Numbered from the stretch's first letter, positions 17,554-32,600 are shown. The stretch: DNA of 64,000 bases from the human T2T-CHM13v2.0 reference genome, Homo sapiens (GCF_009914755.1 NC_060946.1); one strand, 5' to 3'. Notes: a model not told the origin generated them from the sequence alone. A program made the numbers and translations.

Positions 17554-20341
17554 TGCTCCTTAAACACTTTCTAACAAGTTTAATTCATTCTGTGGAATGA
17601 ACTACAGTATCAATCAGCCAGAGTCTGAAGCAAACAAATATCTGACACAGAAATCATTATAATTTTGAGATACTGTCGAAAGCTGTTAGAACTCTTTATT
17701 TTTATGAATGCTTAATAATGGGTAAAGGGATGCACTGCTAGACTCTTGGGAAATGAGATCCAAAAATTTTCAAATGCTCCAATAAATCTCTTTCTGTCAC
17801 ATATTTTAAAAAACACTAAGCAAATGTTTACAAGTATTTGCACAAGGGAAGCTTTAATGACTAATAAAATAAGAGTTAAAAGTGTAATATTCCTTATCTT
17901 TTCTTCTACCCAGTATCACCATCAAGATGCCTATTCTGGCAGAAGCCCATTCCTCCATCTGCATGGATGATCAGAACAGAAAACAATCCGGGAATATGTT
18001 GCTGTTTAGAATTGTAAGTATACTGATTTGGTCAGTACAGCCCTGGCTTTAATAGTTTGGAAAAATCCTGAGGCTTATCAAGGCCAAACAACTTGTCCAT
18101 AGAAAACCCCACAGGCAGTACGTGAGAGACCCTGTGCCCCTCTGACTCCACAGCCAGAGTCCTTTATCCCTAGGCAGCGTTTCCTCTCCAAAACACCAAA
18201 CATTAACTCAATGTGTAGGAAAGATCTGAGGTGGCTTCTATTCCATTAAAAGGAAATCAATATTGTTGAACTGAACTCAGATACGAACAAAGAATCGAGG
18301 ACAGTTCAAGTGAATAGAGAATAACAATGACCACTAGTTCTCAAAATACAGATACTTAAAAAGACAAATATAAGCATGAATCACAAGGCTCCAAATTTTC
18401 CTGTCTGTTAACTATTAGGATTGTATCTTGATTTCTGAGGTGGGGGGATTTTTATCCTGATTTTGGGGGTTGGGGAGAGATGGGGTGGAGTTGAAGCGAT
18501 TGAAGGAGATGGAGTATAAACATGCTACCAAAACAAACACATTTAATGATGCCTTCTGTGGATCATGCATTGTGCTGGAGGACACAATCCTGAGTCTCGA
18601 AAGGCCTAGTACCAGGCCTTCAGAAGAAATTCACAGCCTGGATGTGAGGAGAGGCATGTAGGGAAATAAGAATAATGCATTATAATACATGAAACAACAG
18701 AAAACAAAACACAGTTTGTAAGAAAGTAGCAACTGCTTCCAAGACCTGGTGAGCTCCATTTCTGTGGTACATTCATGAATTAAAATGACATTGGTAAGGA
18801 GGATAAATCCACAGTAACAAGGATAGGATGGCCTTAATCATTGTTCTTATTATTTTGATTAAGGGCATTTTAATCAAGACTGCTTTTAGGAACCATGAGC
18901 ACTAGGATGAACAATTTAAAAATATCAAACTGTCAAAATGTAAAGGGCTTTCCATTGCAGCAGGGAAAATAAGGAGAGTAAACTTGATACCAGGAAGGAA
19001 AATACTGCAAGGAAGGAAATGCTTTTGCCCCAGCATTAGAAACATCAGGTTTCTACAGTACTTGGTCACAAACCAGCTGTGATTTAAATCCCTTAGCTTC
19101 TCTGAGCTGAAGTTCCTTTTTTTTTTTTTTCCTAAACATTAAGGGGACTGGAGTATACAATCCCCACAGCGCCTCTCCAGCTCCAAAATTTGTAATCCTA
19201 ATGATGTTCCAAGGAAAATCTCTTTCCCCTCTGAAGTGCCATCTCTCTCTGCACAGCTCCCTTTAGCTTCAGGGCCTGAGTCAAATCTCCTCTCTATAGG
19301 CTAAATTCATACACATGACTGGGTTCACAACACCAACTATAGTCACCCACATAATTTCTGTAGAAAGATCTGCCATGTGTCAGCAGCTCCCATGATGAGG
19401 AGGGTTGTCTTTCCCAGCAAGGTGGCCAAGGTAAAACACTTGCTTATGGGCTCAGGTCTGGGTGTAGTCCTGGCTGCCTGGGTGATCTTGGATGTGTGAG
19501 TTCCTCCCCCATAAGGTTGAGAGGGTCTGCTCTGACTCTCTGCAGGGTTGTTGTGAGGACAAACCGAAGTGATTCATAAAGCACTGTACAAATTCAGAGT
19601 ATCACAGTGATGACTGAACACTCTGGATTCAGGAAATCCTTCAGCTGGAAGTCTTGCTAGGACAGAGGTATGTGCTGTATTGCTCCCTGAGAGGAAACCT
19701 GATGTAAAACAAACTCAGCCTCAAGGCTGATGTGCCTCTGAATCTCCCCTCAGAGCAGCTAACGGCTCTAGAACTAATAAGGTCCCAGTGGACTTTTTCT
19801 TTAAAGAAGCTTTTAATGTTACCAGGAACTGACAGCAACGCTGTCCACATCAATCCCACTCAGACCCCAGCCTCTGGAAGACATGACCTTAGAAACTCTG
19901 CAGAACTTTTCTGTCACGTTCCACCTATGTCAACATTCATGCCACCCACTGTCCCATGTCGAGTTCTAAGAAGTTAAGATCTGTACCTGTTAAAATGGAC
20001 TTCTAGATTTCCAAAAAAGAGTTTCATGGGACTGTGGGCATTTCACATAGTTAGGCTATCCACGGGCCTGGCCTTTCCAGAAATGGTCAACTTCATGTAA
20101 TCTTCTTATCCATAAAGGCAAAGATTAATTAAATGTGTAACTAAATATAATTAATTTTTATAACTCTCTTACATATTTATTTAAATAAACCCATAAATCA
20201 GAAATGACGTTTTTTTTCCTCAGACTGATCTTCTTGAGACTTGATTTTTTTACTTGGAAAATATAGTTACTGTAAATACTATAAACTCTGGTTAACCAGC
20301 ATGTTCAGAGAATATAAAGCTGTAGTAACCTTTAAATGCAA

Positions 20342-20397
20342 AGGAAGAGGAGGAGGAGGAGGAGGAGGAGGAAGAAAAGGAAGAGGAGGAGGAAGAG
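20342..20397. repeat. (GGA)n purine tract
   Basis: Read directly. Confidence 0.9.
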
Positions 20398-20549
20398 TGA
20401 TAATTAATATCAAATACATTAATACAAGCAGGTTTTATTAACTGTACTTTTAACAGATGATGAAACACATTCAGAGAGACCCAACAGCAAGTAAATTACA
20501 ATGCCAGAATTAGAACCCAAATTTGGCTCACTCAGAGGCGCTCAATCTC

Positions 20550-20852
20550 TGCTTCATTCAGGTCTCTGCTCAAACATTACCTCCTTACAGAGGCCTTCCT
20601 TGACCACACGATTGAAAATGTCCCAGCTGTCAGCCTGGCTCCCTCCTTCCCTGCCATCAACTTGCTGTCTTTTTCAGTCCCCTTACCTGGCTTTAGTTTC
20701 CTTCATAGTACTTAGCTGTATGTTTGTTTAAAAACATGTCTCCTGTTTGATAGAATGCAAGTTAAGCAGGGATTTTAAATTATTCACTGCTTTATCTCTA
20801 ATGCCTAGAATAGTGTCTGAGACATAATTGGTACTAAATGAACAAACGAATA
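20550..20852 (+). mobile_element. L2 3' fragment
   Basis: cattcaggtctctgctcaaa..agaggccttcc..ttcactgct..gcctagaa.agtg. Confidence 0.7.
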
Positions 20853-23479
20853 AAAGACCCTAAAATGCATGCATTTTTCATTACGTCTCACTGAAAGGGA
20901 ACAGTAAGAAAGCGGATACATATATACACTGCATTATGTCATAATTCTTTCATGATCTGGGTGGTATGATTATAGAATAAAGGTTCAAATTGATTGTGGA
21001 GATCACTCATTAATATTTCTACTAAGGGAAAAGAGTAGCTGTCTCCTAGAAACTGAAGGAACCCTTTACAACTGTAGCAGTGTGCTCTTTTTCACACTCA
21101 CAATCTCTCCTTCCTATCAACTCTGACATAAGAATACACAGGACTCTTTTCACGACAAGTCCAAGAATTTGGTTAGATTATTTTTGCCATATAAAGGACC
21201 ATTTAATACCAAAACAAACCTCCCACATCAAACAGTTAATTCCACAACCACGAAACCTCTTCTGACTCACCAAGAAAAGCCACATCAACACAGGCACAAG
21301 GGATTCATTTATTACACCAAAAGAGTCTCTTCAGTACTTCTTAAGTAACTATAATTTTTGGTCATTTAAATAATTTTGCATTTAATGTAGGCTCTACTTC
21401 CAGATTTTTCTGAAACTGATGGAAGACATACCTAATAAAAATGCATTTCAAGAAAAAGAAACAGATTATGAACATCTCGTTTCATCTGGGTTTATGTGAG
21501 ACTTAACATTCACTATTCTTACTAGACATTCTCCCTGGGAAGGTAAAACTTTTTTAAAAAGTAATGCCTCCAAGGTACATCGTGAAGGCAGACATCTGCT
21601 TTATTCAGGCAAAGTAAGTGCCCAGTAAGTGTTGGCTCACCAGATCATGTATGTCTTTCACATAGCAAATATTCCGAGTTCTAAGTCACAAATCGAATAC
21701 TCAACAATTCCGCCTAGAATAGAGGAGTAACCATGTCTGTGGGAGGGGGAAGGGTTGGGAAGAGATCTGTTCTTCTTCCTGATACCCATGAGCAGAATAC
21801 TGTCACACAGACCTATTTTGTGTTTTTATAATTACCCAAATTCTCTTCTTTTGTCAGAATTCATTCTCAGTAACAGCTTGAGCAATGTAGCAATCGTGCT
21901 CTGAAATGACTTGTAAACCACAGACACAAATATTTGGGCCAAGAATGTGGAATCCATTGCTGTCACATTCCATTATTTCTGGTGGAGCAATTCACTAACA
22001 TTTTGGAATCTAGATCATAAATTATGCAGAGCCTCAGCAAAAGAGCTGAGGAAACAAACTGCTGTAATAAAACTCCTGTTACTGGAGCCATAAAAACAGA
22101 ACAAAGGAAAGGCAAAGAAGAAAAATAGTGGTTGGACTTTTCTGACATGCCTTGTCCACCATTGTTACTGGTTTCAAAAATGATAATGTAACAATCGGAA
22201 AACCATCAGGCAAGCCAAAAATGATACAATAGGCATACTGTCATTCATAAACATCACCACCACCATGAGAGTCCCCAGAATAAAATTAGCTTTTTGAAGA
22301 ATGCCTGAATGTTGACATAAATTAAAGTGCCTAAATGTACATACAACCAAGCCATCTGTACATTTTTCATGACTCTCCAGGGGTGTGAAATGTCCTTCAA
22401 CAACAGCACTTGGATAGTGGTCGCATTTTCTGTTGGGACATATCATAAATGTCAGAGGGAGAAAGAGATCTGTGTCACATGTGAACTGAAGCAGGTCCCT
22501 TTCCCTCTCTGTGGAAACTGACTTAATGGCAGAGCTGGGACTAAAACCCACATCTCTTGACTCCCAAGATAAGAATGACTTTTATTTTGCAGTATGATGC
22601 CTAGAGCATGGTAGGGGCTCAAAAATTACTTTGTGAACGGAAGAATGACAGAATGAATGGATAGGTGAGTAAATGAATAAATGGACAAATGAATAAAGAA
22701 GTAACAGAACCATTCCCTGTGGTTTGATGCTTACAGTCAGAAAAGGTCAAAAAGGGACATATCATTGAAACACTTTAGAAATAAAATAGAGAACTGAAAA
22801 GCCAGATGGTCCATGCTTAGCAAACATTCCAAAAAGCCACTGCTAACTCCAAGAACTCTTTCTTTTCAATTATAACATTGTGTTGGAGAGCACTGGTGTA
22901 TCTATCTCAAGAGAAATAATGAATGTGAGAATAAAAATGGGTGAACATGTTTCTTAAATAAGACTGCTATAATTTAACACCCATTTAGTATGACTCCCTT
23001 TTTCAAGATTTAATGTAAATGAGGGAGAACAGAGAGCGTGAGGGAGGGGCCAAGGACAAAGATGGACTAAAAGTCAGGCATGCACTTTATGAGCACAGCA
23101 CTGCTTGTGCAATTATTACAAACATATTTAGAAGAAAACAAAATGCTTTTCAAGATCACACAGAAGGTCTAAAATGTTAAAACAGGGAAAAAGGGCTCAG
23201 CAAAAGTTAAAACCATATAAGGGAAGAAAGTTATTTTTTCACCAGCAAAGGAAAAAACTTTTCTTCCAGCGAATCTTACAGCACAAAAGACACTGGCCTC
23301 AATCACCTGTTTAAGTCAGGAATCTTCAAATTTTTTTACGAAGAGAAACTATTTAAAATTTTCCCAGAGCCTCGACATTATTCAGAGAAGGAGGGAAAGA
23401 GAGTAGAGAAAAAGAAGGAAAAGAGCCTAGTGGTGCCAGTGGTACCTCCAAGGCAGAAGGAAGTTTCAGTCCAATACCA

Positions 23480-23730
23480 GCCACTATTTCCTGAGCCTGT
23501 ACTGTGCCAGGCACCATGCAAAATGCTTCACATACATCAACTCATTTAATCCTCACAAGAGCCACACCCTTCATTGCTATCCTAGAGATTCTAGTCTTAA
23601 TTCTATTTTACATCTTACATAACTTTCCCCAGGCCACACAGCTCATAAATGGCAGAGCTACAATTCAAACCAGGGCCTGTCTAATACCAAGGCTCAGGTT
23701 TTTCTGTCTCCTGGCTGCCACAGACTCCTT
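23480..23730 (-). mobile_element. MIR
   Basis: ctgtgccaggcac..ctcatttaatcctcacaa..ggccacacagct..ggcagagc. Confidence 0.75.
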
Positions 23731-24599
23731 CTGAGAGAATCTCAGGAAGCCAACCATGGCTTTACCAGGCTTAATAGTGGAAGATGGTTTGGAAAGCTAT
23801 CAGGTATACCTTCAAGTTCTTTCAAAACTATAATTGGAGATATGAGTTTCAGAAATCTGGGTTTACCATTACAAAACAACTGGCAGTTTTCTTTCTTTGG
23901 TAAAAATGTTCTGGAGAGCCAAAATTGCTGTGCTATGGTCATTCCTTAGCCAAGTCTGCATTTTAACATCCAACTAATTGAGATGAGTGGAGACATCTGT
24001 AAGCTTATTTTAAAAAAGACAAATCTCTCGATGTGTAATAACAGCAGTACCATTTACTGAGGGCTTGCTATGTGCTAAGCACTACTTGTCAATTTACGTG
24101 GCATCAAAGATTAACAAGCTGAGAGCTAAGCACTAGGAATACAAATGCATCAAATGGGGAGCCCGTAGCATAGCCTCTTTGGAGGCTTACAACCTTAATG
24201 GGGAGACAGACAAGCAAGCTGACTGCTGCAGGGGAATATGCGAAGGGTGCGCCTCACCATCTGGGCACAAAGCACTGCAAGGTGCAGAAAAGCACTGGTT
24301 TGTATTTGAAAAAGCTTCTTAAAGGAAGGGGTGTTTCCTCACAACAATCCTATGAAGTTGGGAGGAACCTGATGGTCAGAAAGGTTAAGTAATGCAAAGG
24401 TACACAGCTATGAAATAAGTTGAGCCCAAGGTCACCTCACTTTGAAGCCACACTTTCCATCAGTTCCTGTGGCATCACAGAAAAATAATCTCCTTAAAGC
24501 TCTTGCCACATGATTACTTTTACCTTACAGGGGAAAAAACAAAACAAATACCGACACTAACTTCTAGGTACTCCTTAGAGTCATATTAATACGGCTCTA

Positions 24600-24810
24600 G
24601 TCATTAAAGCGTTTTCACATTCACACTTTCATTTGAGTCTAATGATCTTGTGAGAAGCAAATATATTATTATTGTTCCCCTTTTTTACACATCACAAAAC
24701 TGAGGCCCAGGAAAGTAATATAACTTGTTCAGGGTCATGCAAAAGGTAAGAGCTCACGTTAGGCTGCTTGAATGTCTAACTCCTAGGTCAGCCGTCTTGG
24801 CACCACAAAA
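24600..24810 (-). mobile_element. MIR
   Basis: aaactgaggcccag..taacttgttcagggtca. Confidence 0.65.
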
Positions 24811-25209
24811 CATTAGATACACCACCTACTTGAGTCTCTCCTTGTTGGTACCTACAATTGATTGCCTTACTCCGAGATCAATGAACGGTGGGGGCAGAGT
24901 TAGAATCTGGGGCGGGTTTCTCCTGGTCAGCGTTTTGATTTGGATTATTTTATGGATCTCTTTCATTTGAAATGTCTTGTCAGAAAAAATGTCAGCCAGT
25001 CATAATGGAGAGTTTGTCAGCAAGAGATGAAGACATCAAATAACAACATGTACTTCTAGCCCCTGATAACCACCTGCAACTTTCAAGGGATCAGAGTATT
25101 GTGAAGGATAAGAAATGTTATGTATTTCAGTAGCATTTTCACCTTTCTTTTAGCACTTGGTTTTGTGTGAACAAATGATACACTCTTTCGACATATGATA
25201 CAAACTACA

Positions 25210-25460
25210 ATGATAATAATGATTACAACAGTTTTGAGTGTTTATTATGTGTCATTGTTCTAAGGGCTTTATACATACTAACTCATTCAATCCTCACAGC
25301 CACCTCATGAGATGGGTGCTATAATTGTCCCTATTTGGGGAGGATGAAGAAACTGAGGCAGAAATCAGCTAAGCATCTTGTCCAGGCTCAGGAAGCCAGA
25401 AAGCGGCATAGTTAGGATCTAAAGCCAGGCCATCTGATTGAAAGCTCATGTTCCTCACAG
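25210..25460 (-). mobile_element. MIR
   Basis: ctcattcaatcctcacag..gatgaagaaactgaggca. Confidence 0.75.
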
Positions 25461-26959
25461 AATGCTACATGTAGGGGGATTCTATATCCCAGTGGTGTGT
25501 GGGGCTGTCCCAGTGATAAATGATAAGGTCACTCTAGCTATAACAACACTGTAAAAGCCCCTAACTTGGCTTGTAGGCAAAATATTTGTATACAGGCTTC
25601 TTGGTAATCAAAATGGAGAGAAATCAGCACTGAAATCCAGTAGTTTCTCTGCTACAAGAAGAAGGGAAAAGAACAGTCCAATAGGATGTTTACGCAGAAT
25701 ACCAGAGCCACAGGGGAGAACGATCATGAAAACGCTTAGTAAAGGATTTAGCACATAGGTGCTTCTTATTCCCTCTGTCCCATGCACAGTTGTGTGAGTT
25801 CTTCACTGACGAACTGACACAAAGAGGATGTCTTTCTCCATCAGGCATTTAAGAAGTACCAGGAGTTGTCAAGGCAGACATGCCAGCTCGCCGGATGGTG
25901 CCACAAACTGGAGAATGCCATCTGTTTTGTCAAGGTTGACAGTCTGAAATTTCTGGTTAAACTCCAGATCTCCTTGTTGTGAAGGGCTTGATAACTTTTA
26001 GTCCATTACCTTCTGTTTACTGAGTCACAGAGCATATCATATCTCCCTCTAGAGCACTCCAACAGCTGGGCCATGTTATAAGCTGTCTTTGTCTTATTCG
26101 GGATTAGATAATGGATTGGTGGAACCTTCCATTTGAATCAGGGAAACAATTACAGAATAACTGTTGTTTCAAATAAGTGGCCAGCTCTGACAATCTGGCT
26201 CAAGAACACAAATCCATTACTTTTTTTTTTTTTCTTGCCACTGGGCTGTTCTGATGAGGGCTTGCTTTACAAGCATGTTGGGCACATAACAACAAAGCAT
26301 TTACTTCACTTTTTAATTGCTCTTGGAAACATTTTAAATGGCACCAATGCAATTTTTACCAGAAAATGAAAGCATTCACTCCCAGAGTAACTTAACTCTT
26401 CAGTAGGATGGCATAAAGGACCACTTTCAGAAATCTGTTGAAAACTGAGAGCCTGTATTCAGGAGCTAACAAAGCTATTTGAAAGTCAAGTTGAGAACAG
26501 GCTTAGTCAGCAATATGAACCAAAAGTTGCATTCCAGCTTTCATCTAATTCAACAAATGTATTTTCTGCTGTGTCAGAGACAGCCTTAAGAAGAATTTCG
26601 GTCGGGAACAACATGCAGAAACTGGTTCTCAGTAAAAAAGCTACTTTTTGAAGTTACCATGAAATTACTAATTATGCTGAAGAGTCTTAAACACTTGTGT
26701 CTCTTGTGGATTTCATGCTGGAAAAGAGGGGAGACTTCAGGTGGCAGTGTATGAGCAGCCACGTTTCCACCTTGCATTAGGTCTGTATGTGTGCTTAAGT
26801 ACAGCCGTTATGAAATAGGGATGAGTGAACGAGGATGAAAATAAGCTGTGGGTAAAGAGAAATGCTCAATTTCCAGTTACAATGTCACATTGTCCTACTC
26901 ACTTAGAAATGCTACAGCTTTATCTCTTTTCTCCATAATTTTAGACATTTTCTTTTGAG

Positions 26960-27220
26960 AGGTGGTGTAACATAAAAGAGCACTGACTTTTGATTCTGAC
27001 AGCTCTAGGCCCACACCCCAGCTCTGCCACACACTTACTATGAGATCTTTGACAAGTTAACCTCTCTGTTCTTTGGGTTTTTGATTTCTAAACAGGAATA
27101 ATAAGCCCTATCTTTCTGAATTATTAAATTAAACAATGAATCGCTGCATAAGAAGCTACACCAAGTATAGTGTTCACATACTGGAGGCATTCAATAAGTG
27201 TCATTCCTTTATCATTATTA
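26960..27220 (+). mobile_element. MIR
   Basis: aagagcactg..cccagctctgccac..caagttaacctctctg. Confidence 0.7.
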
Positions 27221-27743
27221 TTGTGACTTCTAAGCCACTTCAAATGTGTGCTGGAGGGATCACAAAGGCCTTTTCATATATTCTCAATGGAAGCTGTTAT
27301 TTGAATATCTAGAAAAGTGGAACTGCATTAGTTTCCTAAGACTAGATGTTAAATACAGAGAATAGACTATTAAGTTCATGTACTTAAAAGAAGAAACAGT
27401 GTGATATCCTAGTGATTTTCTTGTCTAAAAGTCATAAATATTAGGGTTCTTCAAACCTGCACAAAAGACTTCATTTTAGTCATGCTTTGTAAACTTCTTG
27501 GATGAAGATCCAAAAAGGTTAATATATTATTTAGTTAGCCTGCTAATCAGACTCTCATTTAGCTATAGGGCAAAGGACCATGTAAAGGAGGGAGAAAATT
27601 CTCCTCAATTCAGTCTTCCTACTAACTGTAAGGAGTAAAATTAAAATGATATCATAAAACCTAATCACTGCCTGCTAGTTTAACTATTTCTCAAGTTCAT
27701 TATATTTCTGGTTCACGTAAAAGGCTTTAAGAATGAAGTTCTA

Positions 27744-28056
<313 letters not shown>

Positions 28057-28392
28057 CTATATACAATTCTCTTTCCATGGAAAAAATCATAGAATTTCAG
28101 CTTTCTAGAGTATTAAAGAATTTTAGGTATTGTTTACACCAATGAGAATGTCAAGGTATAATATAAAATGTACAGAAATTGCCATTGCTCCCAGAACTAG
28201 TCTCCCTGGTCTCTGGGGTCAGAAGCAGCAGGAATGATATCTAGACTTAATGACAGTAGTAAGGCACAAATAGATGAACATAGTAAATATGAAAGATATG
28301 GGTAATTATTTGAACTTTACACTCCAGTTATAAGTCCTAGCACTTCCCATAGTTCTTAGCTCTCATCATCCTTCATCCATTCAAGACATACA

Positions 28393-28620
28393 CAGTAATT
28401 AATGAGTCACTTAACAATGAGGAATACATACTGAGAAACGTGTTGTTAGGTGATTTCGTCATTGTACGAACATCATCGAGTGTACTGACACAAACCTAGA
28501 TGACATAGCCTATTACACACCTAGGCTATATGGTGTAGCCTATTGTTCCTAGGCTACAAACCTGTACAGCATGTTGCTGTATGGAATATTGTAGGAAACT
28601 GTAACACAATAGTAGATGTT
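28393..28620 (+). mobile_element. Tigger3 (Golem/MER7) left end
   Basis: CAGT..cacttaacaatg..ctgagaaa..caaacctagatg..cctaggctacaaacctgtacagcatgtt resembles the Tigger3 terminus. Confidence 0.8.
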
Positions 28621-28689
28621 TTAGCTGGAAGTCAGATCTGGTTTGGAAAGTTGGTGCACCATGGTGAAAACCACAGGCATGAATGGGCT

Positions 28690-29468
28690 CAGTATGTGGA
28701 GGAGATATCTGCACTTCCATGTTCACTGAAGCATTATTCACAATAACCAAGATACAGAATCAACCTAAGTGTCCATCATGGATGAGTGGATAAAAAAATG
28801 TGGTATATATACACAACGAAATACGAAACAGTTTTCAAAACAAAAAATTCTGTCACTTAAGACAATATGGATGAACCTAGGGAATGCTATGCTAAATGAA
28901 ATTAGCCGGGCACAGAAAGACAAATACTATGTGATATATGTGAAATCTAAAAACTTGTTAAACTTGTTAAAAACTTAAGACATGAACACATACATTAGCC
29001 TAGGCCAATGCAGGGTCAGAATCATCAATATCATTGCTTCCACCTCCACATTTTGTCCCACCAGATGGTCTTCAGGGGCTATAACACACATGGAGCTATC
29101 ATCTCCTATGATAACAATAGAAGCAGACAATAGAATGGTGGTTACTAGAGGCTGGGAGGTGGGGGATGCAGAGAAGGGAGATGTTCATCAAAGGGTGCAA
29201 ATTTCCAGTTAGACAAGAGGAATAAATTTTAGTGATCTGTTGCACAGCATGGTGACTGTAGTTAATAATGTATATTTCAAAATTGCTAAAAGGGTAGATT
29301 TTAAATGTTCTCACCAGCAAAAAAATGGTAAGTAGGTGAGCTGATGAATATGTTAATTAGCTTGATTTAATCTTTCTGCAAGGTATACATATATCAAATA
29401 TCACATTGTATCCCATAAATATATATACTTTGTCAATTAAAAGTTAAAAAGGAAAAAGAAAAAAGAAA
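28690..29468 (+). mobile_element. L1MA7/8-like 3' end containing an internal Tigger3b fragment (~28964-29118)
   Basis: L1MA 3'UTR in two colinear parts (..tgtgaaatctaaaa | atagaagcag..) ending in an A-rich tail; the intervening sequence resembles internal Tigger3b. Confidence 0.8.
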
Positions 29469-29514
29469 GGCATATGATTACAATCCTACTCTGCCCCAGA
29501 GTGCAATGTGTTTT

Positions 29515-29655
29515 TAAAATTAAGCCTTTAAATAGAGTATAAAATATTGTCAGGAAGGTATAAAATCATAAGCATAGAGCTCAACAAATTTTCATAAAGT
29601 TGAGGACAGCTATGTAACCCTACCACTCAGATCAAGAAGCAGAACATTACCAGAG
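29515..29655 (-). mobile_element. L1ME-type 3' end fragment
   Basis: ..gctcaacaaattttcataaag..tgtaacc..cactcagatcaagaa..agaacattaccag. Confidence 0.55.
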
Positions 29656-32600
29656 CCTATGAAACATACTTCTTTTTATCATCAAAGACATTTACTGCCA
29701 CAATCATGTTGGTGGCTTAGAAACTTGGAATCTTCATCTCTAAATATTATCTTCAAATAGAATTCTCCAGGAAGGAGAACAACGGAGGTGATCTGAATAA
29801 TCGTTTGTTAAATCACCTCCAAATGTCTACCTAAAAGATCTGATTCTGATGCTCTATATTTTCTGCTGTTATTTTGATTTTCTCAAAAAAAATCATTCAA
29901 AAGCAAATTCCTCTAAAGTCACCCCAAAACAGATGGATTCCTTAAGGAATGAACATAAGACTAAAAGCAGAGCCAAATGATTCCAGAAGAAAGACCCCAA
30001 AGCTCAGTGCAGTCACATGGCATAGGTCCAGGGTGCAGTGTCCAGCACAGATGGCAGAACCCAGGGTCACATCTGCACTCACCATTGCTGGCAAAGCAAA
30101 GGGCTACACAGGAGCTGTTGCAGATGGAAAGATTTAGGGACAGGCAGGTGTGGGAGGTGCCAGTGCCAGGTGTGGGTTCAGGAGCCAATGACTAACCCAT
30201 TGCAAGGCTCCCAGGTTCACTGCATAGTACCAGGCAGCACTGCTCACAAAACATGGCCAAAGAACAGCCGAAGGTAGGGTGAGCACCAAAGTGGCAGTAC
30301 CCCCAGGAAGTAGTGCCCACCTAGGTCTAGGAAAACAAAATTGTGTTCAGAAATAAATATTCTCCAAAGTGATCACTCAAATATTCCTTTCTGAAGTCCT
30401 AACAGAAGTGTTATCAATGCTCAGAACTGGGCTGCCTAACGGGAAAAGTCCCCATGGGGGGTTTTTGACTCATAAACCTATTCAGCCTCATATGTTCATA
30501 ATCATTTGTGTAAAGAAGAAAAAACCTCCAAGCACTAATTAGAAAGATAGAGCTGTTGTGTTTTCCTCCTGATCACCTTATCTTCTTTATTCAGTTCTTG
30601 AAGACTCAGCTATTAAAAGAAATTAAGTAATTCATCAAGCCCATTTCAATTACCTGCTGCTGATAACATCAGATTACAATTAGCATCTACAAATGAACCA
30701 AGTGCCAACTGCCAAGCTGAAAAACATAAGCTAATTTACTGCCAGACTCTGCCTGCTGGAGACACAACTATGGGACCTGGCAGCGAGCAGCTACTTCATT
30801 ATTCCAGCAACAGTTTTGCAGCCTCTCTTGCAACAGTCCAAAGTGCAGCTCTGACCAAAATTTACTGCCCCGTCTTCCTCTGCTCACATGTTTACAGATG
30901 CACAGTATCTGTAAGCAAATCACAGCTCCTTTTAAATAGCAATGTCTAGACAAGCTGGGTGACAAATCTTGACCTAAAGGAGAGAATAAATATTATTAAT
31001 ATGTATTAGGCACCGATAGGTGTGGGGCACAGCACAGGATGCGCATGTCATAACCTTAATGAGGGTGTGAATCATTTTCTGCAAGGCCTCTGGTGCTTGG
31101 TCAGAAAAATCTCCTGCTTTGGTTGATGCTCTCCATTTCTCTTTTCTCCTTTTACATGGGGATAGGACATTCTTGTTCCTTTCTTTTAGATGTCTAGAAA
31201 AATCTGTTTCAGGGCCTGTGATATCTCAATTTTTTACATTTATATTTTCCCTTTTCATGGCCCTTAATAGGAACTGCTTTAGATGAAAAGCTGAGGTGTG
31301 CAGTTTGGCTTCCTACATCAAGGGCATTATTAGACTTTGACAGTTTGTGTAGTCTTGTCTATGCCTCTCAAGTAGAAGAACTAACTGGTCAATAAATGTG
31401 TGGGGCTCAGAGGGGGCCCGCAGGCTGTAGCAAAAGACAACATGAAGATCTGAATTTGGATCCTGCCTCTGCTGCTTATAAACTGTATGAATTTGGGCCA
31501 GTACCTTTACTTTTATGCCAACCACATAGCTTTGTAATGAGAATTAAATGAAATAATGTTTGCAAAGTGCCTAGCTCAATGCAAGTAATCAATAGACAAT
31601 AGCTTCTCTAGGAAAAGAGGAGAAAGGGCCGCTCCCTCCTGGTGGTGCATATACTCCTCTAGGAATGCTTGCTGTCTTCTCCCTGGGCATGAACAGGGAC
31701 CACTGCTTCAGGGTGGCCCATAACTCTTCTAGTGGTGCTTCCTTTTTCATCTTCTTGTGGATGGAAGAAGGGAGAAGGAGCGTCTTTGGCCTTTAGCCCT
31801 AGCCCAGGTAATCCTAGCATGGCTCCCACTCAGATCCACAATGGGGCATGTTCTCTTGTGGAAAGATCTGTGGACTTGGAATCCAAGAACTCAAGTCTTA
31901 TCCTGGCTCTCCCTCATACTCTATAATCTCAGGTGAGTCACAAATCTCTGAATCGTCATCACTAAAATAGAATAATAATGGTTTACCTCCTAGGGCTACT
32001 GCGAGAACAAATAAGTACTATAAAACACAAATATCATGGATACACTTCTATGTGAGGTCTCACAGACCTTTTGACATATTAAGAGGTTATTTAGAATATG
32101 ACCCCATATATCATTCTGAGAATCTCCAAAGGAAAACATCTGGTTAGTGTACTGACTACCTATAATTAGAAACATTTTACCTATAAAGCTAGGCCTCTTT
32201 CCGTAGAAAGATTCCATAAAATATCATCAGGTTTCCATAGATTTCCATAGCAAGATAATCCAATGTATAACAATTAAAATGTAAAAAACATTAAAGAGAG
32301 TTATTGCTATATTATAGAAAAATTTTTCTCCTACAAAAGTAATTTTTTAAAAATTTTTATTTATTTAGGATACTAGGTTTCGTGTGTGTTCACAGTAATG
32401 ATTTCATTCATAAACTCTATTTAGGAATAAAATATAGCTAAGGTACGATATGGATGTGTATTATATAGATAATATGTAACATTATTCCACCTGACCTTGG
32501 GAATCCAGAATTTTCTGATTCAGATTACCAGATTTTAATGTTCAAATATGATTTTATAAAAGTAATTTAAGTAATATTTCTTAAACCCTTGACTTAGAAC

